Shown piece by piece: positions 1 through 9,265 of a DNA stretch of 34,662 nt; position 1 is the first letter of the stretch; the number at the start of each line of letters is the position of its first letter. The translations under genes and the position numbers were made by a program. The stretch spans positions 1-34,662 of the forward strand of contig JBGAIN010000083.1 of NCBI GenBank assembly GCA_044225505.1, written 5' to 3'. The notes under the pieces are model-generated. The model searched no databases. It was not told the origin of the DNA and was given only the letters and a program-made list of their open reading frames with translations. This stretch comes from Limisphaerales bacterium (GTDB lineage Bacteria; Verrucomicrobiota; Verrucomicrobiia; Limisphaerales; SIBE01).

Positions 1-858
1 CGGGATGGGCGCTGTGGAAAAGACAAAGCTGCGCGCGCGGTGGATCAACAGATCGATCAACACCTGAGATCCGCAAATATAACCTCCCGAGGCGCCCAAG
101 GCTTTGCCCAACGTCCCCATTTGGACGTCGATTTGTCCGCTGACTCCATCGCGGTCCGCCAAGCCGCGCCGGTGTGGGCCGAAAAAACCGGTCGCATGGG
201 CTTCGTCCAACATCAACCAGGCTCCGTAACGGTCTTTGAGTTCCACGATATTCCGAAGCGGCGCGCAATCCCCATCCATGGAGAAGACGCTCTCCGTAAC
301 AACGAGAATGCGCGGACGACGCGCGGCGGGGGTGGGTGAGGGTGAGGACCGGCGCGTGTCGGCCCAACGCAGAATCTTTTCTAACTGAGTCATGTCGTTG
401 TGGACGAATACCCGAAGCTTGGCGCCGCAGAGCCGCGCGGCGTCCACCACGGAGGCATGGACCAGGCGATCGATGATGATGATGTCGCCGCGTCCCACGA
501 GGGCTCCGATGGTTCCCAGGGCTGTGGCATAGCCACTGGAGAAGGTCAGCGCCGCTTCGGTGCCCTTGAATGCGGCTAGCGTCTCTTCGAGTTGATGATG
601 GGGAGCCAGGGAACCACAGATCAACCGAGCGGATCCGGACCCGGCGCCGTAGTTCGCGACCGCGCGGGTGGCGGCATCGCAGACGGATGGGTGCCCGGCC
701 AGCCCGAGGTAATCGTTGGAAGAGAAATTGAGATAGCGTCTGCCATCAAAGGTGATCCGAGGCGATTGGGGAGAATCAATCCGCCGCAATTGACGGAGGA
801 GGCCATGTTCGCGAATGGCGGCCAGTTCCAAGCCTAGATCTCGGTCAAATGCAGACAT
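1..858 (-). CDS. bioF: 8-amino-7-oxononanoate synthase (PLP aminotransferase class II); 3' end runs off the window
   Basis: Manual translation from ATG at 858: MSAFDRDLGLELAAIREHGLLRQLRR...YLNFSSNDYLGLAGHP...GAGSGSARLICG...FSSGYAT...DRLVHAS...VTESVFSMDGD...LDEAHATG...GTLGKALG. These are hallmark BioF motifs including the PLP lysine. Missing from the ORF track because it has no stop in the window. Confidence 0.93.
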   Translation of the reverse strand, partial: MSAFDRDLGLELAAIREHGLLRQLRRIDSPQSPRITFDGRRYLNFSSNDYLGLAGHPSVCDAATRAVANYGAGSGSARLICGSLAPHHQLEETLAAFKGTEAALTFSSGYATALGTIGALVGRGDIIIIDRLVHASVVDAARLCGAKLRVFVHNDMTQLEKILRWADTRRSSPSPTPAARRPRILVVTESVFSMDGDCAPLRNIVELKDRYGAWLMLDEAHATGFFGPHRRGLADRDGVSGQIDVQMGTLGKALGASGGYICGSQVLIDLLIHRARSFVFSTAPIP

Positions 859-953
859 GAGCCCGGAGGTTAGCAATCTGGGCTAGGGGGAGCAAACCAG
901 GGGAATCCCTGGACCCACGGTGCGGGCGCGGATTGGGCGGCCAGCATAGCTTT

Positions 954-1044
954 TTAACAAGGAATGGACACGGTATTAACCGGGATTTAACACGGATTCT
1001 AGCCGTGTGAAATCCCTGTTATATCCGTGTTATATCCGTGTTAA
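954..1044. repeat. Imperfect inverted repeat built from 4+4 tandem 11-bp units (TTAACACGGAT / ATCCGTGTTAA)
   Basis: Left arm: ttaacaaggaa, tggacacggta, ttaaccgggat, ttaacacggat (954-997). Spacer: tct. Right arm: agccgtgtgaa, atccctgttat, atccgtgttat, atccgtgttaa (1001-1044). Confidence 0.9.
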
Positions 1045-1096
1045 ATACGAATGGACAGCGAAGAATCTGGCGCGGAAGGGCGCTTGACTCAGCCCC

Positions 1097-1135
1097 AAAA
1101 GCAACAAGGGCCAGGATTGCTCCTGGCCCTCGTTG
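1097..1135 (-). terminator. Rho-independent terminator of the LamG/PA14 gene
   Basis: Minus strand reads CAACGAGGGCCAGGA-GCAA-TCCTGGCCCTTGTTG-CTTTT: long stem, GNRA loop and T-rich tail, about 20 nt after the stop at 1158. Confidence 0.85.
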
Positions 1136-1157
1136 TTGTTCCTCTGCTATCCGCCTT

Positions 1158-3800
1158 TTACTTTAGGCGGAAGAATTTACCTGCGCCCGAGATCGGGATC
1201 GTGGCTGGGCTCGCCGCCCCCGCCACTGGGGTCCATGGACCCGTGACGCTATCCGCTTGTTCCAGGGTTCCGGTAGTCCAGGCAATGACGAGGTTATTGC
1301 CTGTGCGCGCCACACTGCTAAACGTGGGACCGCCAGCGCTGGGAGTCTTAATCCCAGGCAATGTGCTGACTGCAGTTCCGGCGCCGCCCTTGTAGAGCGT
1401 GGCGATTTCGGTTTCGTTCAGCACGCGATTCCAGATGCCGATATCATCAATTTCACCTTTCCATTCGCGCTTCTTGGCTTCGGGATTTTCCCCGATGAAC
1501 AGGTGAGCGCTATTGGCGGTAAGGACCGGCTTTGCTGGGTTGATCCCATGGATAACGCCGTCAATGTAGAGGGCGGTGCCAAACTTGTTGGTCTTGGCGT
1601 CGCTGACCGCGACGAAGTGATGCCACTTACCGTCATTGATGTTCGGCACGTCATCCGCACCTTCACCGGTGCCGCCCGCGTAGGCGACGCTGTTTCCGAG
1701 GGAACGGCGCGCGATGCGGTAGTTCGAGCCTTCGCCTTTGGCGATCAAGGCCTGCCATTCGGTATCGAACGCGTCCACTTTAAACCAGCCGGCAATCGAC
1801 ATGCTCCCGCCTGCGAATTCGAGTTCGTTCTCGTTCCCGCCGGTGATTTCGACATATTGATCCGTGCCGTCCAGCTTGATGGCTTTGCCAAACCCGGCTT
1901 TGCCATCGACGAAGGCGACCGGATTGGTGCCCTTGCCCGTGCCGTTGAAGTCCTTGATGGAATCAAGGAAATGACCATCGAAATTCCAGTAAGCCACGAG
2001 GCCGTCTGGGATGTTGGCCTGCTCCACTGGGGGTGGTCCGGGCAGGTCGATTTCAGCGGAGAGAAACTCCGCAGGAATCGGCTTGAGCTTGTTCGCCGCG
2101 GTGGTGTCGCCTTCTTTGCGCCAAGCGACTTGACCGTAATCACCGCCACCGCCTTCTTTGTAAACCAGGCGGATGAAGTATTTCTTCCCGGCGACCAGGG
2201 CGACCGGATCCGAGGTGCGGAGCATTTCGTCATGAGTGGCACCCGGTTCGGTGAAGTTATTGCAGCAGCCAGTCTCTTCCGCAATCTTGACCAGGTTGGC
2301 AGACTTGTCGTCCGTGCTCAGGAACAGCTCGGAGGAGTCGTCTGTATAGATGAAGAACCGATAGCTGCCCGATTCTTTGGGAGTCAGGAACCCTTCGAGA
2401 GTGCCTCCGTAGTTCTCGTGGCTATCGTCCGGGAAAGCATCCCGGCTATTGAACGAATAAACCGGCAATACCAGATCCGGGGTATTCGGAAAACGTGGAT
2501 CGTCATACAGACCTTGCACAGCGGTGCCAAAGATGGCATTCGCACCAGAGGGATCCGTCAAGTCACCAAAGTAGGAGAACTTGAGCAGTCCGTTCTTGGT
2601 CATCACGAAGGAATTCACCGTCACGGTTGTGCCGGTGGCGACCTCGTTCTTCGACAGGTCCTTGATGCCTTTCAGCGTGACCGTATACGCGGTTGCAGGC
2701 GTCTGTTTGGCCGTGGTCAGTGTCACCACTTTGTTTTTGTAAGCGACCGCCGAGATCGTGAGACTTGGGCTGATCGCATAATTCGCCAGGTTGGTCGCCG
2801 TGGAGGCATCGAGCGCTTCGGAGAAGGTCAGCTTGATCGAGTCGAAGGTGCTGTTGCCGGTCGCTGACACCACCGTGGGCTTGACCGTATCGCAAGGATC
2901 CAATCCAGCTTTATACTCGTCCAGGTTCGTAACGCCGTTGTTGTTGCAGTCCTTGGCGGCATCCGTCGCGTCGTTGGGATTCAAGCCATACTTGGTTTCA
3001 AAGGAATCGGGCATCCCGTCCTTGTCCGAGTCCGGGTCCGGAGTGAAAAACGAGCTCAGGGGCTTGCCTGTGCCGCCATTGTAGAGCGCTTTGATTTCGT
3101 CTTCCTTCAAAACGCGGTTCCAGAGCGCCAGGTCGTCCACTTTGCCATTCCAAAAGCGTCCGAGAGCGTCCGGGTTTTCACCGATGAAAACGCGTTTGCC
3201 GTTGGCGGCCAGGGCAGGAGCGGTTGCGTTAACCGAGGTTTGGACACCGTCGACATAGATGGCTGTGCCAAAGCTGGCGGCGTCGGCGTCGCTCACGCCC
3301 ACGAAGTGGTGCCAGAGACCGTCTGAGATGTCGGGGCCGTCGTTAGGGCCTTCGCCTACGCCACCCGCGTAAGCCATGGTCGGATTGCTTCCGTTCCGGT
3401 GCACGCGCCAATTGCTTCCTTCACCTTTAGCAATCAGAGCTTGCCACGATTTATCGAACGAATCGACTGTGAACCATCCGGCAATCGACATGCTTCCGCC
3501 TTCAAACGCCAGATCGTCCTCGGCACCGCCGGTGATCTCGACGTATTGATCGACGCCGTTCAGCTTCATGGCCTGTCCGAATCCTGACTTGCCTTCGACG
3601 AAGGCGATCGGATCCGCCCCGTTGGCCGTGCCGTCGAACTGGGCAATCGAGTCTTTGAAGTTCTTGAGGTCGAAGTTCCAATAGGCGACAACGCCATTGG
3701 TTACAGTACTCTGAGCCTGAGTGGTCACACTCAGCAAACTCAGAACTGAGGCTAGTCCTCCTAGCCATAGTCTGCCTGAATTCCTACGTTTACTTCTCAT
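1158..3800 (-). CDS. Secreted multidomain protein: LamG - TSP3-like Ca-binding repeat - Ig-like - PA14 - LamG - C-terminal domain
   Basis: 880 aa. Signal peptide (..TTQAQ). Two LamG-like domains (VAYWNFD...WHHFV...G.[VI]DD[LI].[LI]WNRVL). DSDKDGMPD..E...GLNP motif. Ig-like PTVVSA...LTFSEALD. PA14-like YRFFIYTDDSSELFLS...KEGGGGD. Confidence 0.88.
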   Translation of the reverse strand: MRSKRRNSGRLWLGGLASVLSLLSVTTQAQSTVTNGVVAYWNFDLKNFKDSIAQFDGTANGADPIAFVEGKSGFGQAMKLNGVDQYVEITGGAEDDLAFEGGSMSIAGWFTVDSFDKSWQALIAKGEGSNWRVHRNGSNPTMAYAGGVGEGPNDGPDISDGLWHHFVGVSDADAASFGTAIYVDGVQTSVNATAPALAANGKRVFIGENPDALGRFWNGKVDDLALWNRVLKEDEIKALYNGGTGKPLSSFFTPDPDSDKDGMPDSFETKYGLNPNDATDAAKDCNNNGVTNLDEYKAGLDPCDTVKPTVVSATGNSTFDSIKLTFSEALDASTATNLANYAISPSLTISAVAYKNKVVTLTTAKQTPATAYTVTLKGIKDLSKNEVATGTTVTVNSFVMTKNGLLKFSYFGDLTDPSGANAIFGTAVQGLYDDPRFPNTPDLVLPVYSFNSRDAFPDDSHENYGGTLEGFLTPKESGSYRFFIYTDDSSELFLSTDDKSANLVKIAEETGCCNNFTEPGATHDEMLRTSDPVALVAGKKYFIRLVYKEGGGGDYGQVAWRKEGDTTAANKLKPIPAEFLSAEIDLPGPPPVEQANIPDGLVAYWNFDGHFLDSIKDFNGTGKGTNPVAFVDGKAGFGKAIKLDGTDQYVEITGGNENELEFAGGSMSIAGWFKVDAFDTEWQALIAKGEGSNYRIARRSLGNSVAYAGGTGEGADDVPNINDGKWHHFVAVSDAKTNKFGTALYIDGVIHGINPAKPVLTANSAHLFIGENPEAKKREWKGEIDDIGIWNRVLNETEIATLYKGGAGTAVSTLPGIKTPSAGGPTFSSVARTGNNLVIAWTTGTLEQADSVTGPWTPVAGAASPATIPISGAGKFFRLK

Positions 3801-4085
3801 AGTTGGTTGGTCGGTCGCAGTTGTTGTAATACCCGTTTGCTAAGCCAGGCTGCTTCAAACGCCACGACCAGAGATCTCCCTCTGGGGGTAATGTGGATTA
3901 TGCCTGGGAACAGCGGGAGTTTCTCAGGGGTGAGCCGGTTTCGTCAAGTGCATTCCGCCGTCGCAAATGAGATTTTTCTGGTGCCCAACCGCGAACCACT
4001 GCCGCTTCGATTGGGTAGCGGCTGTCCCGCGGAACCCCCGCCAAGCGTCTCTCCCTGCCGACTGCAACAACGATCGGGTCGTGGC

Positions 4086-4114
4086 TTGACCCCGGTGCGC
4101 CTGACCGTTAGCAT
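4086..4114 (+). promoter_or_regulatory. Putative sigma70 promoter of the TPR-CRTAC1 operon
   Basis: TTGACC (4086-4091), 17-bp spacer, TAGCAT (4109-4114), about 60 nt upstream of ATG 4174. Confidence 0.55.
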
Positions 4115-4173
4115 TTTTTCAGCAACCCCGAGGCAACAGCGATTTTATTGGTAGCATTATTGGCACAACATCT

Positions 4174-5559
4174 ATGCGGTTGGAATCGTCGCCACCTGGT
4201 ATCTTTTTGCTTCTTCGTCGAGCGCGACGGCTGGGTTCGCTCTTGGCCGTCGCGCTCTTGGCGGCAGTGGTGAGTCCAATCGAATCTCAAGGTGCGGCCG
4301 TCCCATCCGCAGGGACTCCTCAAGCGACCGGGGCGGAGAATCCTCTGCTGGCAGAGGTGGCTGCTCTTAAACAGGATGCGGTGGCCAGGGCTAGAGAGCT
4401 GGCAGAAGCCTATCCGGACGATGCGTTAGCGTATGCGCTCCTGGGGGCAGCGTATTACAACACCGGGCGTTCCGAAGAAGCGACCAAGTACCTGCAGAAA
4501 TGCCTCCAATTGAATCCCGCACAAGCGGATGCCTACGAAATCCTTGCCAAAGTTGCTTATGAGAAGGGGGAGCTTGAAAACTGCGTCCGCCTTTGTTTGG
4601 AAGCCTTACAGAGAGGTCCGGCGAATGCCGACGTGTTGAACCGCTTGGGGCGCGCTTATATGGATTCGGGTCAAACCGAGGATGCGGCCCGCGTGCTCCG
4701 CCAAGCGGTGGAGCTGCCCAAGCCGGTGAGCGAGAGTTTCTACTTGTTAGGCCAAGCCTTCATGCAGCTGGATCATCCCGCGGATGCGAAGGAGAGCTTT
4801 CAGCAGGCCGTGCGGCTTCTTCCCGACCATACTCAAGCGGTCTTCGGGCTGTATCGAGCTTGCCTGAAACTTGGGCAAACGAGCGATGCGGCTCGATACC
4901 GGTCGGAGTTCGTGAAACTCGAAGCGCAGGATCGGCATTCCCTCACCGACCGGATTGCGCAAGAAGATGCCTTGACCGGCCTTCCCTTGGTCCGAAAAAC
5001 CGCGGCGCGGACCTTTTTCGGGGCGGCGCAGGTTTACCGAGCCCACCGGGAAGGTCCGAAAGCCGCTGAGCTTCTGCTCAAGTCTGCGTCGCTAGACCCG
5101 GACCAACCTGGCTATCGTGCGGCGCTGGAGGGCTATTATGTCCAGCGCAATGCCATCCCGGAGGGAATTACCGCGTTCGAAAAACTTACCGCGGCGCAGC
5201 CGGAGAATCCCTTGAATTACTTGTTCCTGGGCCGTTTGCATGGACGTTTGAACCATACCGACGCTGCCGCTCAAAACTTTCGCAAAGTACAAGCGCTCGC
5301 TCCGGCCTGGGCGGAAGGCCACCGTGCTCTCGCGGAACTGTATCTCCGCGCTGACCGTGAGCCCGCGGTGGCACGGGAGCTCGCGCAAAAGGCAGTCCAG
5401 TTGGAGCCCACGGGTTCGCATTACTACCTTCTGGCAGTGGCTTGCTCAAAGAACGAGGATCGTGCTGCCGCGCTCGACGCGATTCAAAAGGCGGTGGCGG
5501 CCAATCCAGGTGAAAAAAAATACCAGGAGTTGCTGCAGAAGCTGAGTCCTTCTCGCTAA
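4174..5559 (+). CDS. Secreted tetratricopeptide repeat protein
   Basis: 461 aa. N-terminal hydrophobic segment, then many TPRs (e.g. AYALLGAAYYNTGRSEEATKYLQKCLQLNP; SFYLLGQAFMQLDHPADAKESFQQAVRLLP). Confidence 0.9.
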   Translation: MRLESSPPGIFLLLRRARRLGSLLAVALLAAVVSPIESQGAAVPSAGTPQATGAENPLLAEVAALKQDAVARARELAEAYPDDALAYALLGAAYYNTGRSEEATKYLQKCLQLNPAQADAYEILAKVAYEKGELENCVRLCLEALQRGPANADVLNRLGRAYMDSGQTEDAARVLRQAVELPKPVSESFYLLGQAFMQLDHPADAKESFQQAVRLLPDHTQAVFGLYRACLKLGQTSDAARYRSEFVKLEAQDRHSLTDRIAQEDALTGLPLVRKTAARTFFGAAQVYRAHREGPKAAELLLKSASLDPDQPGYRAALEGYYVQRNAIPEGITAFEKLTAAQPENPLNYLFLGRLHGRLNHTDAAAQNFRKVQALAPAWAEGHRALAELYLRADREPAVARELAQKAVQLEPTGSHYYLLAVACSKNEDRAAALDAIQKAVAANPGEKKYQELLQKLSPSR

Positions 5560-5560
5560 T

Positions 5561-7279
5561 ATGAGGTTGGGAGATTATTGCGAGACTCCGTGTTCGCGCT
5601 GGCTCCGAGCACTGCTACTAGTTGCCGGGATCTTGAACCCGAGCGGTGCGGCAGAAGGGCCTAGCTCGATTCAACTGCGCGACGCCACCCGCCAGACAGG
5701 CATCCATTTTGTTCACACCGATGGAAGCTCTGGCCAGCGTTACATTGTCGAGACGGTGAGCGCGGGATTGGCTCTGTTCGACTACGACGGCGATGGAGAT
5801 GTAGATATCTACTTCCTCAATGGTGCGCCCCTCCCTGGGGCTTCCTTCACAACGGCTCCACGCAACGCCCTTTACCGTAATGATGGGGGTTGGCGGTTTA
5901 CGGATGTGACCGAGCAGGCGGGCGTCGGAGACACAGGCTACGGTTTGGGGGTTTGCACGGGAGACTACGATAACGATGGGGACCAAGATATTTATATCAA
6001 TAACTTCGGGCGCAACGTGCTTTATCGAAATAACGGGAATGGCACTTTCACAGACGTGGCGCATGAGGCGGGCGTTGATCTGGGGACGCATGTTGGGGGA
6101 GGCGCTTGCTTCGTGGACATTGACGGGGATGGCGATTTGGACCTCTTTGTAGCGAACTACGTCGAGTTCAACTTTCAGAATCATCATATCTCTCACATGA
6201 ACGGCTTTCCGGCGTACGTCGGGCCGCTTAATTATCCTCCAACGGCCAACGTGCTGTTCCGCAACAATGGGAACGGGACCTTTACGGACATCAGCGTGGC
6301 GTCTGGCATATCTGGCCACCTGGGTTCGGGCATGGGAGTGGTTTGCGCCGACTACGACAACGACGGAGATGCCGATATTTTTGTGGGCAACGATTTAAGG
6401 CCGAACTTTGTTTTTCAAAACGATGGCACCGGGAAGTTCAAAGAGGTCGCTGTTCAACTCGGGTTGGCTTACGATGCGCTCGGGAACGTTCACGGCACCA
6501 TGGGCGTCGAATGCGCGGATTGGAACAACGATGGTTGGCTGGATTTTTATGCGACGGCCTACCAGCGGCAATTGCCGTGTCTTTATCAAAACAAGGAGGG
6601 AATTTATTTTGATGATGTCACGCGACAGACGGGCGCAGGCGCGGGCGCTTACTCCAATGTGACTTGGGGGACAGGAGTCGTCGATTTTGATAACGACGGT
6701 CACCGCGACATCTTTATCGCTTGCGGTCATTTGATCGACAATGTGGAGCAGTTCGATGACACGACGAGTTACAAGGCCAGGAACATCCTGCTGCAAAATA
6801 CCGGGGCCGGGAAGTTCGTGAACATTTCCGAACGGTGTGGGGATGGTCTCCTGCCGAAATACAGCAGTCGCGGCGCGGCATTTGACGATTTAGACAACGA
6901 TGGGGATATCGACGTCGTCATCCTGAACGCGCGCGGCGCGCCGACCATCCTCCGAAATGATTCGAACCGAACCAACCATTGGCTCCAGATTCAGCTCCGC
7001 GGCACGACCAGCAATCGGGATGGCATCGGCGCGCGAGTGACGGTAGTTGCGGGTGGCCGAACTCAGGTGGACGAAGTGCATAGCGGAAGGAGTTATCAAA
7101 GTGATTTCGGCCGGCGCCTCTCCTTCGGCTTGGGGCGAGCGGAACGGGTGGATCGAATTACGGTCGACTGGCCGGCCGGGCCCATCGACGTGATCAGCAA
7201 CGTCGCTGCGGATCGACGAATGACCATCGTTCAAGGAGCGAATGCCAATCCGTCGTTGGAGAAACGGCGCAAGCCATGA
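5561..7279 (+). CDS. CRTAC1-family FG-GAP repeat / ASPIC-UnbV protein, paralog 1
   Basis: 572 aa. Repeated DxDxDGDxD Ca-binding motifs and LYRNNGNGTFTDV. C-terminal SNRDGIGARV...SG.SY.S...FGLG...V.WP (ASPIC/UnbV). Starts 1 nt after the TPR stop. Confidence 0.92.
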   Translation: MRLGDYCETPCSRWLRALLLVAGILNPSGAAEGPSSIQLRDATRQTGIHFVHTDGSSGQRYIVETVSAGLALFDYDGDGDVDIYFLNGAPLPGASFTTAPRNALYRNDGGWRFTDVTEQAGVGDTGYGLGVCTGDYDNDGDQDIYINNFGRNVLYRNNGNGTFTDVAHEAGVDLGTHVGGGACFVDIDGDGDLDLFVANYVEFNFQNHHISHMNGFPAYVGPLNYPPTANVLFRNNGNGTFTDISVASGISGHLGSGMGVVCADYDNDGDADIFVGNDLRPNFVFQNDGTGKFKEVAVQLGLAYDALGNVHGTMGVECADWNNDGWLDFYATAYQRQLPCLYQNKEGIYFDDVTRQTGAGAGAYSNVTWGTGVVDFDNDGHRDIFIACGHLIDNVEQFDDTTSYKARNILLQNTGAGKFVNISERCGDGLLPKYSSRGAAFDDLDNDGDIDVVILNARGAPTILRNDSNRTNHWLQIQLRGTTSNRDGIGARVTVVAGGRTQVDEVHSGRSYQSDFGRRLSFGLGRAERVDRITVDWPAGPIDVISNVAADRRMTIVQGANANPSLEKRRKP

Positions 7280-8994
7280 GGATTCTTGCTCTGACTCGTC
7301 GGGATTGGTTTGGCGGGACAACGCCCCGTTTGGCTGGCCTTCTGGTTGGTTTTTGCCTGGGGATCCGTGGTTTGGTTGATGCCACGGCGGCGGCCGACTC
7401 CTCGTCGCCCATCCGCTTGAGCGACGTGACCGCACAGACCGGGATCCACTTCGTCCACACGGACGGCAGCTCTGGGCGCCGCTACATTGTGGAGAACATC
7501 TGTTGCGGTATGGCCACGTTTGATTACAACGGCGATGACAAGACCGACATTTTGTTTTTGAACGGGGCGGCGTTGCCCGGAAGTCCAGCGGGTGCTCCTG
7601 CGCACAATGCTCTCTACAGGAATGACGGCAATTGGAAATTCACCGAGGTGACAGCACTGGCGGGTCTGAATGATTCGAGATATCACCTGGGTGTTTGTGT
7701 GGGGGATTATAACAACGATGGCTTTCCCGACGTTTACCTGAACAACTTCGGTCCCAATATCCTCTATCGAAACAATGGGAATGGCACTTTTACAGACGTA
7801 ACCGAAGCGGCAGGAGTGGCAAACGGAGATAAGGTTGGCGCCGGCGCCGCTTTTCTCGACATCGACAACGACGGAGATCTTGATCTGTTCGTTGGTAACT
7901 ACGTTGATTTCACGCTCGAGAAACATCAGACAAGGCATGTGAACGGATTCCCTGCTTACGTCGGACCCATGGCTTACGGTCCAGTCGCGTCGACCCTGTT
8001 CCGAAACAATGGTGATGGCACGTTCACCGATATTAGCCGCGAATCCGGGATTGCTGCTCACGTGGGAACTTGCATGGGGGTCGTTTGCGCAGACTACGAC
8101 GAAGATGGCGATACCGATATCATTGTCGGAAACGACGCTTTGGCAAATTTCGTATGGAAGAATAATGGCAAAGGTCATTTCGAGGAAGTGGGGCTACTCT
8201 CGGGCTTGGCCTACGATGGCCATGGGGTCGGGTTAGGAACAATGGGGGTGGAATGCGCCGACTATAATAACGATGGCCATCTCGATTTTCACATGACTTC
8301 CTATCAGAAACAGTGGGCCATTCTTTATCGGAATGTCGGCCGCGGGTTGTATGAAGATGTCACCCACATCACTGGGGCAGGGGCCGGGACCTTCAATCAA
8401 GTCACTTGGGGCTCCGGGCTGATCGATTTCGACAATGATGGAGATCGTGACCTTTACGTTGCGTGTGGACATTTGCAGGACAACGTCGAGTTGTGGGATG
8501 ACACCACCACTTACGAAGCCCGGAACCTTCTCCTGGAGAACACTGGCAAAGGCAAGTTTCGTGACATCTCCTCGCGCTCGGGGGATGGAATGGCGGTAAA
8601 ACGGAGCAGTCGTGGCGCAGCTTTCGACGATCTGGATAACGACGGCGATATCGACGTGGTGGTTCTGAACTCGCGGCGCGAACCAACCGTCCTCAGAAAC
8701 GATACACCTCGGACAAATCATTGGCTCCAAATCCAGCTCCGAGGTATTAAAAGCAACCGCGACGGCGTTGGCGCCAGGATCCAAGTAACGGCAGGGAATC
8801 TGACCTTGATGGATGAGGTGCATAGCGGACGGGGATACCAAAGCAGCTATAGTGCGCACCCTCATTTCGGTTTGGGGCCTCACAGCGTCGCCGATCGGAT
8901 TGAGGTTCGCTGGCTTAACGGCACGGTGGATATTCTGGACAAGGTGAAAGCGGATCAGCGCGTGACGATCATCGAGGGATCTTCGCGGCGTTGA
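7276..8994 (+). CDS. CRTAC1-family FG-GAP repeat / ASPIC-UnbV protein, paralog 2
   Basis: 572 aa, colinear with paralog 1. ATGA start/stop overlap at 7276-7279. Confidence 0.92.
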   Translation: MRILALTRRDWFGGTTPRLAGLLVGFCLGIRGLVDATAAADSSSPIRLSDVTAQTGIHFVHTDGSSGRRYIVENICCGMATFDYNGDDKTDILFLNGAALPGSPAGAPAHNALYRNDGNWKFTEVTALAGLNDSRYHLGVCVGDYNNDGFPDVYLNNFGPNILYRNNGNGTFTDVTEAAGVANGDKVGAGAAFLDIDNDGDLDLFVGNYVDFTLEKHQTRHVNGFPAYVGPMAYGPVASTLFRNNGDGTFTDISRESGIAAHVGTCMGVVCADYDEDGDTDIIVGNDALANFVWKNNGKGHFEEVGLLSGLAYDGHGVGLGTMGVECADYNNDGHLDFHMTSYQKQWAILYRNVGRGLYEDVTHITGAGAGTFNQVTWGSGLIDFDNDGDRDLYVACGHLQDNVELWDDTTTYEARNLLLENTGKGKFRDISSRSGDGMAVKRSSRGAAFDDLDNDGDIDVVVLNSRREPTVLRNDTPRTNHWLQIQLRGIKSNRDGVGARIQVTAGNLTLMDEVHSGRGYQSSYSAHPHFGLGPHSVADRIEVRWLNGTVDILDKVKADQRVTIIEGSSRR

Positions 8995-9265
8995 GTGCCA
9001 GGGCCCTTCTCCAGGCTCGTTAAGGCATCCCTTGGATCGGATAGGTAGGGATTCTCCCCATCCTCATGACCTTGAGGAAATCGTTTCCTCGAGGATGTCG
9101 ATCAGCTCGTTCGGCGGTGGATCTGGCTTTCGCTGAACCATCGCCTCACACCTCCGAGGTCTTCGGGTTGTTCCTCGTCCGAGCAGGCTTGGTGGATTGT
9201 CGTTTGCGTCGCGCGTGCCCCCGGTGCAACTTAGAGCACCCGAGGAGAATGCAAACGGTTGCCCG

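Noticed and set aside
40..837. Short ORFs 40..339, 592..837 and 621..806
   Set aside because: Shadows or off-frame readings of bioF on the minus strand.
954..1044. Possible CRISPR array or BirA operator
   Set aside because: Units are 11 bp, contiguous and inverted with no spacers, and no cas genes are present; there is no match to the BirA TGTAAAC..GTTTACA-type dyad.
1257..2867. 536-aa plus-strand ORF
   Set aside because: Antisense shadow of the LamG/PA14 gene; no recognisable motifs and composition typical of reverse-frame reading.
9070..9094. 11-bp hairpin after the CRTAC1 operon as an intrinsic terminator
   Set aside because: The stem is real but has no T tract, so it cannot be called a terminator.
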